Assembly (NCBI GenBank): GCA_963696165.1
Contig: CAVOIY010000002.1
Location: forward strand, 61,613 to 125,612
DNA: 64,000 bases
From: an uncultured Acidobacteriota bacterium
Lineage (GTDB): Bacteria; Acidobacteriota; Vicinamibacteria; Vicinamibacterales; CAVVIG01
Direction: 5' to 3'
In this document: positions 1-12,372 of the stretch, piece after piece
How the letters are laid out: each line of letters begins with the position of its first letter
How positions within the stretch are numbered: the stretch's first letter is position 1
Position numbers and translations under genes: made by a program
Notes under the pieces: generated by a model
The model's input: only the letters and a program-made list of their open reading frames with translations
Told to the model about the DNA's origin: nothing
Databases searched by the model: none

Positions 1-432
1 CCGCCGTCGATCGGGGGCGCCACCCATGTCGACATTGTGCTCACGCTGCCGCCTGCCGGACTCGACGGCAAGTCGGAATTCCAGGTGAACGGGGTGCCGT
101 TCTGGCGAGCGAAGCCGTATCTGGCCAAGCTTGGCGACGTTCAGATCTGGACCGTGCGGAACGAGACGAAGTTCGCGCATCCGTTCCATCTCCACGGGTT
201 CTTCATGCTGCCGCTGGACGAGAGCCTCCAGCCGATTCGGCCGATGGCGTGGAAGGACACGATCAACGTGCCGATCGACGGGACGATTCGTTTCGTCGTG
301 TCCTTCGACGAGCGGCCGGGCATGTGGATGTTTCATTGCCACATCCTCGACCACGCCGATGGCGGGTTGATGGGCGATGTCCTCGTCGGCTCGATGTCGC
401 CAACCGAACACCGCCATCCGAAACAGCCCTGA
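1..432 (+). CDS. Multicopper oxidase, C-terminal domain (5' end outside window)
   Basis: HPFHLHG and WMFHCHILDHADGGLMG copper-binding motifs; frame open from base 1. Confidence 0.92.
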   Translation, partial: PPSIGGATHVDIVLTLPPAGLDGKSEFQVNGVPFWRAKPYLAKLGDVQIWTVRNETKFAHPFHLHGFFMLPLDESLQPIRPMAWKDTINVPIDGTIRFVVSFDERPGMWMFHCHILDHADGGLMGDVLVGSMSPTEHRHPKQP

Positions 433-547
433 GTGACCGCTCTTATTGCGCCACCAGCCGGGGTACGACCACAGCTATTATTTCATCTCGACGTTCATGG
501 TCGATCACGTTGCTTGGCATGCGGAGAGATTGCGAAGGGGATAGACG

Positions 548-1258
548 ATGACGCTCAATCGACGCGAGTTCGTTCGATTGGCCGCGGCGATGGGGGCCTC
601 GCTGGCGTGGGGCGGCTCGGCTCGAGCGTCAACCACCGGCTGGCATGAACGGCGCGACCTTTATCCGGAGGGCGTCGCGTCCGGCGATCCCGATCCGAGC
701 AGCGTTATCCTCTGGACTCGGCGGCCGTTCGAAGACCCGGGGGCAGGGGCCCCGGGAGCGAAGTCGTCCGGCCGACGGGTGCTGACGGTGGAGGTTGCCG
801 AGGATGATGCGTTCCGGCGGGTCGTCGCAAAGGCGTCCGCGCCGGTCTCAGCGGAATCGGATTGGACGACGCGCGTGCTGGTCGGTCATCTCAAGCCTGC
901 GCGCGTCTACTGGTACCGCTTCACGGATGTAGAGGGGAACGGTAGCCGCGTCGGCCGGACGATCACCGCGCCGCTGGCGGACGATCCACGGCCGGTCAAT
1001 TTCGCCTTCGTCAGCTGCCAGAGCGTCAATGAAGGCAAGCTCAACGGCTATCGCCGGATGATCTTTGAGGATGAGCGCGCGGCGCCCGCCGATCGACTCG
1101 GTTTCGTTCTCCACCTCGGTGATTTCATTTACGAGGTCGTCGAATATCCCGACGAGCTGCCGACGCGGTACGACCGCACGATCTACGAAGTCGGCCGGAT
1201 TCCCGATGGCGGTCAAACCGGCGCGCGCGGTGGACGGCGTCACGCACGGTGCGGTTGA
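548..1258 (+). pseudogene. phoD: Alkaline phosphatase D (PhoD) with Tat signal, truncated near 1215
   Basis: MTLNRREF twin-arginine signal; GVASGDP, VILWTR, FAFVSCQ and LHLGDFIYE motifs; about 225 aa before the sequence runs into an integrase remnant. Confidence 0.85.
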
Positions 1259-1436
1259 ACGCGAGACGAGGCTCCGAACCGTACCAGACGACGAACGCGC
1301 GGATGGCGTGGTCGTAGGTTCGCTGGGCGCTAACAGATGTCAGGCTGTTCAGCGCCGCCGTCTTCGCGTGTTCGAGGTCCGGCAGCGCCAAAACGCGCTT
1401 CGGCGTGTTGCTATTGCGAGATTTTGACTTCGGCAT
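1243..1436 (-). pseudogene. N-terminal remnant of a tyrosine recombinase/integrase
   Basis: PKRVLALPDLEHAKTAALNSLTS..QRTYDHAI..FV.WY.SEPRLAFNRTV resembles, from recall, the N-terminus of acidobacterial phage-integrase-family proteins; similarity stops after FNRTV and there is no catalytic domain. Confidence 0.75.
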
Positions 1437-1596
1437 CAGCGGCGGCCTCTTTTACCGTCACCGACAGCTTCAGCGACCGGCCGTCCCTGCGGCGTTTGCC
1501 GTTACCTGAGAGACATGCCAAGGTCACGCTCGACGCGGTGCAGCGGTCGACGTTCGGTCGTCGCTTAGTCGCACCACGAGGAAGGGCATTTACCCG

Positions 1597-2307
1597 CTAT
1601 GCGGATGTCTTCGATGAGTCAGCCGGCATGCTCAGCCGGTACCCGACCCACGGTTCCGTCAAGAGAAACACTGGAGCGGATGGCTTCAGCTCGATCTTCT
1701 TCCTAAGCTGGTTGACGAATACGCGGAGATAATCAACTTGATCTCCGTAATCCGGCCCCCAGACGGCCTGAAGCAACTCGCGGTGCGACACGGTCTTGTT
1801 GGCGTGCGCCACCAAGTATCGGAGCAGCTCGAACTCTTTTGGCGTCAACCTCACCTTGCGGCCTGGCGCCGTGACGTGGCGCGCGTCGAAGTCGATTTCG
1901 ACCGGCCCGAGCATCACGCGTCCGTTCGGCTCCTGCAGCGATGGCGTGCGACGGAGCGCCGCGCGGATGCGGGCGAGCAGCTCGGGAGGATTGAAGGGCT
2001 TGGTGACGTAATCGTCCGCGCCGGCGTCGAGCGCCTCAACCTTGTCGGATTCAGTATCGCGCACCGTGAGCATGATGATGCCGATCTCCGAGTGGGCGCG
2101 GATCGCGCGGCAGGTCTCCAGACCGCCCATGCCGGGCATGTTTATGTCGAGCAGCACCAGATCGAACCGCTGCTCACGGATTTTCTCGAGCGCCTGTTCG
2201 CCGCCTTTTGCATCGTCGACCTCGTAGCCTTGGCCGGCGAGCGTCACGCGCATGACGCGCCGGATCTGCGGGTCGTCGTCCACCATGAGAATTCGTCCGG
2301 CGCTCAT
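1597..2307 (-). CDS. kdpE: KdpE-like OmpR-family response regulator
   Basis: Receiver plus winged helix; ELLQAVWGPDY, YLRVFVNQLRKKIE and LLTEPWVGYR are typical of KdpE; start overlaps the kinase stop. Confidence 0.9.
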   Translation of the reverse strand: MSAGRILMVDDDPQIRRVMRVTLAGQGYEVDDAKGGEQALEKIREQRFDLVLLDINMPGMGGLETCRAIRAHSEIGIIMLTVRDTESDKVEALDAGADDYVTKPFNPPELLARIRAALRRTPSLQEPNGRVMLGPVEIDFDARHVTAPGRKVRLTPKEFELLRYLVAHANKTVSHRELLQAVWGPDYGDQVDYLRVFVNQLRKKIELKPSAPVFLLTEPWVGYRLSMPADSSKTSA

Positions 2308-3743
2308 CGCCCCGACGCTCCCCTGGGCAGAGAGAGGGTGAATGCCGTTCCTGTTTCCGGCGAACTCGAGATCGATAAGGCGCCTCCATGCGCAGAGGCA
2401 ATCTGCTGGACGATCGCCAGTCCCATGCCGGTACCGGGAATGCTTCGCGCCCGGGCGCCGCGATAGAAACGCTCGACGACACGAGCGCGCTCAGATTCGG
2501 GAATCGTCGAGCCGGAATTTCGGACCGACGATGTCAACGGCGCCGTTGCTGTCGGCTTCGACTTCGATCGTGGAATTCGGCGGCGAATACTTCAGCGCAT
2601 TGTCGATCAACTGCCGCAGCGCGAGCACGAGCAGTTCTCGATCGGCGTCGACCGTCAGATCGTCGGGCACTCGCTTGATGAGGGGGTGGCCACCTAGCCG
2701 TTGCCCGAACGGTCGCAGCGTCGCATCGAGAATCGGCGCAAGACTGTGGCGATTGCGATTGACGACGAAATCACCGGCATCGATCCTCAACATCTGCACC
2801 GCGTCGGTCACCAGACTGTGGAGCCTATCGAGCTCCTCGTCGACGATAGACACCAATTCGCGGTCACGAGGATTGACGCCAGGGCTCGTCAGCAGGTCGC
2901 ACGAAGCCGCTTTCATTGACGTCAGCGGCGTCTTGAATTCGTGGGCCAGCGCATCCAGTACCGGTTGCGCGCAACTCGCTGCTCTGTCGCGCGGCTTCCG
3001 CACGCGCGGTGACAGCCTCTCCTCGCGCGCGTTCGAGCCCTATCGCAGCAAGGTTCGCGATCGAGTGCAGCACCGTGTCGCTCAATCCCGCGCCCAACAT
3101 CGCGACGCTGCCGATCGATTGTCCACCGAGGCTGAATCGCAATCAGTTTCAGTCCGTTCGGCGCGTCGCATCGGCACGCCGCGCCGGGCGACCTCGCGTA
3201 TCGTGTCATCGCTTCCAGCGAGCTCGCCTGCGCCCGCCCAGGCCACGGCGTCGTGAAGGCGATCGTATACGCCGACCGACGTCAAGCCCGAACGCGTCGA
3301 CGATGTGCCGGGCAATCGCACCCGGCAACGAGGCGCCGCCTTCCGACAACAACAATGCCCGGCTCAGCGCGTAAAGGCGCTCCAGATCACTCTGGCGCTG
3401 CGAGCGCTTCAATGTTCCGCATGCGAGCGCGACCCGACAGCTGGCTCGCGATGATCGCCGTCAGGAGGAATGCCACGAGCGCGATCCAGTTTTGCGGGTC
3501 GCTGATTGTCAACGTGCCGACGGGAGGCAGGAAAAAGAAGTTGAGGCACAGCATCGCCGCCAGCGACGCGACGGTCGACTCTGCAATCCCCCAGGCGGTC
3601 GCGATCGCGAGGATGACGACGACGTAACTCAGCGCAATTGTCGTCGGATTGACATGAGCCAGCCATACGTAGAAGGCCGTCACGCCGATAATGATGACCA
3701 GCGATGCGGCGACGCGTGCCACGGCCTTCGGGCGGATAGGCAT
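2304..3743 (-). CDS. kdpD: KdpD-like sensor histidine kinase (DUF4118 4-TM, GAF, HisKA, HATPase) without the N-terminal KdpD/Usp domains; several frameshifts
   Basis: NFFFLPPVGTLTISDPQNWIAL, LAHEFKTPLTS, LIDNALKYSP and GTGMGLAIV are spread over five overlapping ORF fragments. Confidence 0.85.
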
Positions 3744-3808
3744 TCAGCTCGAGGGTTCGAGCGTACGCTACATCGACGACGAAACTCCAGCCGAGCGAGG
3801 AGACAGTC

Positions 3809-5188
3809 ATGCTGAAGCGGTTATTGCGGTTGCTGGCGACGGCGAGCGTGGTGTTTGCCACATGTTCCGTCCACGCGCAGGATCTCGATCGCGATGTCGA
3901 CATCGAGCGTCGCATCGCGGCGCTGGAGGCGCAAATCGCCGAGTTGAAGGCGCTCGTCGCCCGACCGCCCGCGACCACCCCGCGCCCGGCTGCGACGGCA
4001 GCCGACGAGACGCTTCCCGACGATCTTCGGGGTCTCACGTTCGGCGCGGCGCTCGACACGTACTACGGCTTCAACTTCAACCGGCCGATCGGCCGCGTCA
4101 ACCTCCTGCGAGCATACGACGTGACGAGCAACAACTTCAGCCTGAGCCAGGCAAACGTCATCGTCGAGTCTCCGCCGAATGTTGCCGCGGGTCGACGATA
4201 CGGCCGACGCGTCGATTTTCAATTCGGACAGTCGACGGAAACGCTCCAGGGGAGCCTGGCGAACGAACCGCGGCCCTGGGTCTACCGCAACATCTTCCAG
4301 GCGTACGGCACATATGTTCTGCCAGTCGGGACGGGGCTGACCGTTGATTTCGGCAAATGGTCAAGCGCACTGGGGTTTGAAGGCAACTACGTCAAGGATC
4401 AGAACAATTATTCGCGGTCACTGTGGTTCGATTTCCTGCCGTTCTATCACATGGGCGCGCGTGTGAATTATAAATTCAGTGACGCTGTCGCCCTGAATTA
4501 CTGGGTGACGAATGGGACGCAACAGACTGAGGCGTTCAACAACTTCAAGGACCAGTTCGTCGGCCTTACGCTGACGCCCTCGAAAAGCGTGACGTGGAAC
4601 GTGCAGTAATACCTGGGACAGGAGCACCCCGACGTCCAGCAGATCCCGACTCCCATCGGAACCACGCTGGCGACGCAGCCAGGCCTGTCGGTGATGCCCG
4701 TCGTGCCGTATTTTAGCGGCAAGCTTCACATCTTCGACACCTACGCGACATGGCAGATATCACCCCAGACGACTTTCACCATGGAAGGCGACTACGTCCT
4801 CAGCAGAAATCCATCGCCGGTCGCTGATTCGGCCGTCTACGGAGGAGCGATTTATGCGCGTCGTCAGCTGACGAGGCGCACGGGTCTCGCCACGCGCGCC
4901 GAATATCTGCGAGACCGTGGCGGGCTGTTCACGACGCTCTCACAGTCGGTCAGGGAAGCGACGGTCACGTACGACTACCGACCCAACACGGATGGCTTTC
5001 TGATTCGGGCGGAGTGGCGGCTCGACGTCTCCGACACGCCGTTCTTTCTCACCGATACGGTCGGACGGCTCGACAAGGATCAGCAGACGGCGACGCTCGG
5101 CATCGTGTGGTGGTGGGGGACCAAACGTCAGACGTGGTGGCATGGTGCGTCCGCGGACAATCCTCATGAATCGTTAAGGACTTCCTAA
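3809..5188 (+). CDS. Outer-membrane beta-barrel porin (DUF1597/BBP2-like); frameshift near 4605
   Basis: Signal peptide, short coiled coil, DTYYGFNFNRP, DFGKWSSALGFEGNY and NYSRS motifs, aromatic C-terminal strand; the true end may be near 5140. Confidence 0.8.
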
Positions 5189-5190
5189 TG
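5161..5190 (+). promoter_or_regulatory. Candidate KdpE/OmpR-type box, copy 1 (three YTAA-like units at 11-bp period)
   Basis: tcctcatgaatcgttaaggacttcctaatg; 22/30 identical to 5661-5690. Confidence 0.55.
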
Positions 5191-5631
5191 CTCGCCGTGG
5201 CTCGATTGAATATGTCGATCGTCCGCGTCATTGCCACCACGTTCGAGGGCACACGCGCCGCACTGGCTGTCGCGATACCGCTGGCAAAAGGAGCCGGGTC
5301 GCAGCTCATCGCGCTCGTGCCCCACATTGTTTCGTCCGCGGCTGAAACCGCAAGTCCGGCCCAAGCCACAGAGGTCCTCGCGGAGCGGTACGCGGAGATC
5401 GCGCGGCAGTGGGGCGGTCAGGCGGAGATCGACATCTGTACGGCTGTTGGACTCGAGGACCTGATCGCGAAAGTATGCGCAGCACATTCGCTCGTCGTCG
5501 TCGGCGGGCCAGTCGGCCGTTGGCTCAGGTCGCCGGAGGAACGCTTCGCGAACCGCTTGGCGGTATCGGGCTGTCAGGTCGTCTTCGCCGCGTGCGGACT
5601 GAACACAACGCAGCGTCGCGTTGCAGCATGA
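5188..5631 (+). CDS. Universal stress protein-like hypothetical protein (likely start 5212)
   Basis: IVRVIATTFEGTRAALAVAIPLA..LIALVPHIV and SLVVVGG fit a Usp-type alpha/beta pattern; sits in a kdp-type locus. Confidence 0.6.
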   Translation: MLAVARLNMSIVRVIATTFEGTRAALAVAIPLAKGAGSQLIALVPHIVSSAAETASPAQATEVLAERYAEIARQWGGQAEIDICTAVGLEDLIAKVCAAHSLVVVGGPVGRWLRSPEERFANRLAVSGCQVVFAACGLNTTQRRVAA

Positions 5632-5660
5632 GAGAATCGCGGCGCCAATCCTCGCGACGA

Positions 5661-5706
5661 TCTTAACAAATCCCTAAGGACTTCTTAATCCATCGCGGGC
5701 TATCGT
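5661..5706 (+). promoter_or_regulatory. Candidate KdpE/OmpR-type box, copy 2, followed by a -10-like TATCGT
   Basis: tcttaacaaatccctaaggacttcttaatc, an AT-rich patch in GC-rich DNA; TATCGT at 5701-5706. Confidence 0.6.
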
Positions 5707-5770
5707 CGGTGACGATCGGGTCACGATCGATGCCGCGCTCCGAAGGCGGCGGGTTCCTTGTGGCCGGCCC

Positions 5771-5890
5771 ATGTTCGACGTGAATCACGGCGCTGATGAG
5801 CCCGACCCATTCTCGTGGCTACTGATCCTGGTCGTCGCTGCGCTGATCGCGGTTGGCTTCGCGCTCGAGTGGATCATTCGCAACAACTAA
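5771..5890 (+). CDS. Small single-TM peptide, 39 aa (not in the ORF track)
   Basis: MFDVNHGADEPDPFSWLLILVVAALIAVGFALEWIIRNN: acidic N-terminus and one clean hydrophobic helix. Confidence 0.55.
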   Translation: MFDVNHGADEPDPFSWLLILVVAALIAVGFALEWIIRNN

Positions 5891-5968
5891 ACCCACCATC
5901 AAATCCAACCCGCATGTCGACGTCTGTTAAGAGGAACAGACTGTCATTCGCTCAGCATTCGAACTGAC

Positions 5969-8335
5969 ATGACGACCGAGGAGATCGCGCCCCGCGCAGG
6001 CAGACGCCAAACACAAGTCGTCGTCGCGACGTCGGTGATGCTGTCGTTCATCTCGTTCTGGCGCGCGGCCGCGATCGTCCTCAACGATCTGGGTTCGTCC
6101 GCGTACTACGTCGGCGGCATCGCCGAGCAGGCGGTCGGGACACGCATCGCGCGTGGTTCATCTTCGGCGTCATGTTGTTCTCGTACGCAGTGCGCGCGGT
6201 GTACGTCGAGTCGTGCGCGATGTTCACACGCGGCGGCGTCTATCGCGTGGTCAAGGAGGCGATGGGCGGCACGCTCGCGAAGCTGTCCGTATCCGCGCTG
6301 ATGTTCGACTACATCCTGACCGGGCCCGATTTCCGGCGTTTCGGCCGGGCAGTACATCGTCGGACTGGCCGCGCAGACGGCTACCTACTTCGGCCATCCG
6401 TGGAGCCCTCGGCCGGATGTCGTCAATCTCTGGGCCGCCGCGATCGCCGCCGCCATCACCGTGTATTTCTGGTGGCGTAACACGCAGGGCATCCACGAGT
6501 CGTCCGACGATGCGCTGAAGATCATGTATGTCACGACCGTGATGGTCGTGCTGTTGATCGGTTGGTGTGGAGTAACGATTCTGAGCCAACCGGCGACGCA
6601 GCGTTTGCCACCCGCGCCGACTGTCAGCCACTTGGTCTTCAACGACGATGCGGTCGGCTGGATGCCGAAGCTCATTCCGCGTTCGCTGCGCGAGGTGCCA
6701 GCGGAAGGTTCATCACCGGAGCTGAACGAGAAGCCGGGCATGGCCAACCCGCCGCATTACGGTTTTGTCCAGAATGCGGGCGCATTGCTTGGATTGATTG
6801 GAATTCTGATGGCGTTCGGCCATTCTTTTCTCGCGATGTCTGGCGAGGAATCGCTCGCGCAGGTCAACCGCGAGCTCGAATATCCCAAGCACCGCAACCT
6901 GATGAAGGCCGGTCTGGTGATCTTCGTCTATTCGCTTGCTGTTTACCTCACTGGTGTCGTTCTTCGCGTACGCGCTCATTCCGGACAACGTGCGGCCGCA
7001 GTATTTCAACAATCTGATCAGCGGCATCTCGATGTACCTCGCCGGACCGATGTCGCTGAAGCTGCTGTTCCAGGGCTTCATCGTGATTGTCGGTTTCCTG
7101 ATGCTGGCCGGTGCGATCAATACGTCGATCATCGGCTCGAACGGCGTGCTCAACCGCGTATCGGAAGACGGCGTGATGACGGACTGGTTCCGTGCGCCGC
7201 ACCGGACCTACGGCACGACCTATCGGATGATCAATCTGATCGTGCTGTTGCAGCTGGCCGCGATCATCGGATCGCGCGGCAATACGTACACGCTCGGTGA
7301 GGCGTACGCCTTCGGCGTCATCTGGTCGTTCGCGTTCAAGGGGCTGGCGATGCTCGTGCTGCGTTTCAAGGACCGGTCGCATCGCGAATGGAAAGTGCCC
7401 GTTCAACCTGCGCATCGGTGGCACCGAGATTCCCGATCGGGCCTCGGCGCGATCGCGGTGATTCTGTTCTCGATCGCCGGAATCAATCTGATCACGAAGC
7501 AGGTGGCTACGGTCAGCGGCGTCGCGTTCACGCTGGTGTTCTTCGTCATCTTCGTCGTCTCAGAACACATCAACGAGCGCAAGCGCGGCGCGCGAGGCGC
7601 ACGTCGAGATGGATCAGTTCCGACTACAGCCGCAGGAGCGCATCTCGAGCGACACGGTCGCCGTGCGACCCGGGCAACGCGCTGTGCGTCGTGCGCGATT
7701 ACAACACGCTTGAGCACGTCAAGAAGGCACTGGACCATGACGCACACTGGGAAACGCGATTTCGTGGTGATGACCGTGCAGGTGATGAAGGGGCCCGACG
7801 CCGGTTACGAAGACTCGAGCCACGACCAGCTCTTCACCCGCTATGAGCAGCTTCTGTTCAGCCGGGTCACCTCCATTGCGGAAAAAGCCGGCAAGCACGT
7901 CGACGCTGCTCGTCGTTCCCGGCACACAGCGTCTTCGACGCGATCGCCCAGACGGCGACGCACCTGGACTCGTCGGATATCTGGGCGGGTCGTTCGTCCG
8001 TGGCGACGGCTGAGGAGCAGGCGAAACACATGGGAGAAGCGTGGGAGCGCTTACCGAAGAAACCCAACCGGCAGGTCTTCTTGCATGTCGTCGATCCAGA
8101 TGGCAGGATCACCGACTTCACTCTCGGAGTGCACATTCCGAAGCTCGCCGATGCTGACGTGGACTTGATTCACAACTTGTGGCTCGAGGCGCGGCAGGAC
8201 GGGGGCATTGAGGACGTGCATCACAAAGAAATCGTCACAGTGGCGCTGGCACAACTCGCTGCTGACATGCGGGGCCCGAAGCGCCAAGAGACATTCGCCC
8301 GGATGCGCCACCTGCTGCGACGCAGGCAGCCTTAG
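5969..8335 (+). CDS. APC-superfamily permease with C-terminal cytoplasmic domain (KimA/YdaO-like); multiple frameshifts
   Basis: NDLGSSAYY, GGVYRVVKEAMG, FLAMSGEESLAQ and LGEAYAFGVIWSF lie in successive fragments. Confidence 0.8.
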
Positions 8336-8347
8336 TCGGCGCGCGCA

Positions 8348-8842
8348 GGCTGGCCCTGGGCGAGCAACGATCAAAAAGGCGCGCCTGACGTGGTGATGGC
8401 CTGCTGAGGGGACGTGCCCACGCTCGAAACGATCGCGGCAGTGTCCATCATGCGCGAGCACCTGCCTGAGCTGCGCATCCGTGTCGTCAACGTCGTTGAT
8501 CTAATGAAGCTGCAACCGACGACCGAGCACCCGCAGGGATTGAGCGACAAGGATTTCGACGAGCTCTTCACCGTGGACAAGCCGGTCATCTTTGCGTTTC
8601 ACGCGTACCCGTGGCTGATCCACAGACTGACCTATCGGCGCACCAATCATGCGAACCTCCACGTTCGCGGCTACAAGGAAGAGGGCACGATCACGACGCC
8701 TTTCGACATGACCGTGCTAAACGATTTGGACCGCTTTCACCTGGTGATGGACGCCATCAATCGTCTGCCGCAGACCGGCGACAAAGGGGTCTCCCTCCTT
8801 CCGGAAACCCGCCATTGGAAGTGGAATCTGTGTGCAAAATGA
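8348..8842 (+). pseudogene. xfp: Phosphoketolase C-terminal remnant
   Basis: [54 protein letters not shown] and [10 protein letters not shown]; in-frame TGA, no N-terminal part, apparent deletion before the terminal HWKW. Confidence 0.9.
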
Positions 8843-8930
8843 GACAGCCGCGCCCGAATTGCCCGCAGTACGATTGAACTGATTTCCTTTTGAACTGTTC
8901 GCCTTGCCTCGGCAAGAGCGTTGAGGTCTT

Positions 8931-9365
8931 GTGCTGCACAGTGCCGTGGAAGCAGAATTTTCGTGGCTCCCACAACTTGCTGCCGGCTGCGCGATCGAAT
9001 GGGAAAGCATCACGGCGAAGCATCACAACGTGTTGCTGCAGGGGCGGCAGAGTGCGACGACGAGAACGATCGAGATCCTGCAGCCCTATCTGCTTGAACC
9101 GCTCATCCTTGAAGACATCACAGCGCTGACCTCCGCGGAGCAAACGCGGCTGCGTCATTGGCTGGACGATCTTGAATCGCTACAGATCGTCTCGACGACG
9201 GATCGCCCTGTGTTTCCTTTGGTCGAACACGGGCTATTCGACGAGCCGCTGTACTACCGTCTGAATGTCATGCTTCTCCATGTCGAGGAGTCTCCGGCGA
9301 AGTTGCCATATGCGCGCGAAGATTTCCGGCAGGATTTGGACGCGCGCCGATCGCTCGGACGGTGA
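8931..9365 (+). CDS. Small degenerate sigma-54-activator-like (AAA+) protein
   Basis: NVLLQG, LILEDITALTSAEQTRL, QIVSTT and LVEHGLFDEPLYYRLNV echo the bEBP AAA+ domain; no Walker A GK(S/T/E) and no GAFTGA. Confidence 0.6.
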   Translation: MLHSAVEAEFSWLPQLAAGCAIEWESITAKHHNVLLQGRQSATTRTIEILQPYLLEPLILEDITALTSAEQTRLRHWLDDLESLQIVSTTDRPVFPLVEHGLFDEPLYYRLNVMLLHVEESPAKLPYAREDFRQDLDARRSLGR

Positions 9366-9637
9366 TGAACATCGACGTGGAGATCGAAGGCGTCTTCGAT
9401 CGGCTGATCGCCGACGCGATTCGCCTCAAGATTCGACGGCTGTGCCGACAGCTTGCCTCGCCATTCGACTGGCGCGTCACGATCACGCCCTCCGAGACGC
9501 GTGGCGAGTGGGATATTGGCATTCACGCACCTGCAGGCTGGCACGTCATGTCGTTTGCCGGCCCCCCGGAGCGGTTGCCGGATGTCATCGAACACGCGCT
9601 GCGAGAGCGGCTCGTACTCCCGCTCGCCGTTTGCTAA
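9362..9637 (+). CDS. Hypothetical protein, 91 aa
   Basis: Start overlaps the upstream stop (GTGA); protein-like composition. Confidence 0.55.
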   Translation: MMNIDVEIEGVFDRLIADAIRLKIRRLCRQLASPFDWRVTITPSETRGEWDIGIHAPAGWHVMSFAGPPERLPDVIEHALRERLVLPLAVC

Positions 9638-9842
9638 CGGCCGCACGCAGGCGTATAGTCGAGGACGAACCACCACCTTCCTGAGTACTGCGCCCCATCG
9701 CCGGATGTGATCCGGCCCGAGCCACAGCCCTCATCAAGCGCGCGTCTTTACTTCGATCGGTCAGGCGGCAGCGGCGGCCGCTCTGCTGCTTCCCGACGAA
9801 GGGGTCGTACATCCGTTTCACGCCAGTTGGGAGTCGACTGCC

Positions 9843-11811
<1,969 letters not shown>

Positions 11812-11815
11812 AGGA

Positions 11816-12343
11816 ATGGGTCCTCTGCGCGAGCTTCTCGCGACCGACCATCGTCAGGCGCTGGAATTCTTTTTCCAGCGCCTGAAGGATGTGTCCGGAC
11901 CCGGCGTCGAACAACAAGAATTGCTCTACAACGCGAGCGTGCTGGCACACTATGCTCAGATCTCCACGCATGTCGCGGTCGATGTCGCGGCGCCCGCGAA
12001 CCTAAGCGTCGTGTTCGATCACTTCGTGTTCGATTCGACGCTCCTCGGCGATCGCGAGATGATGGAAACCGCTGGGGCCCAGTGCCTGGTACTGGCGGGG
12101 TTCTTCGAGGATCAAATGCGCCGACGCCACAACATCCGTTGGTATGCGCGGCTCGGCGCTGCTTTCTTCAGCCGGGCAGCCGCCCTGGAGCCCGCTGGCC
12201 CGAAAGCCGCGCTGCTTGAGACGATAAGCAAGCGCTTCGAGACCTGGCGTCAGCGCCACGCGCGGCTAAGTCGTGATCTTCGCGACCAGCCTCTCTTGCT
12301 GACTCCGTCCAGGCTATCCACCCGTCCAGACCCTTTGCTCTGA
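11816..12343 (+). CDS. Hypothetical helical protein, 175 aa, 4 bp after groEL
   Basis: AAGGA then ATG directly after the groEL stop; intact ORF. Confidence 0.7.
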   Translation: MGPLRELLATDHRQALEFFFQRLKDVSGPGVEQQELLYNASVLAHYAQISTHVAVDVAAPANLSVVFDHFVFDSTLLGDREMMETAGAQCLVLAGFFEDQMRRRHNIRWYARLGAAFFSRAAALEPAGPKAALLETISKRFETWRQRHARLSRDLRDQPLLLTPSRLSTRPDPLL

Positions 12344-12372
12344 CTGCGATGATCGACAACCCGGAACGTTCG

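Noticed and set aside
5690-5968. c-di-AMP (ydaO) riboswitch upstream of the KimA-like permease
   Set aside because: The conserved riboswitch blocks are not recognisable
8395-8450. In-frame TGA at a Cys-like position of phosphoketolase followed by a possible hairpin (selenocysteine/SECIS)
   Set aside because: The gene is a truncated, internally deleted relic with no start; a nonsense mutation is simpler
9539-9560. Sigma-54 promoter (TGGCAC) upstream of groES
   Set aside because: No TTGC at the -12 spacing, and it lies inside an ORF
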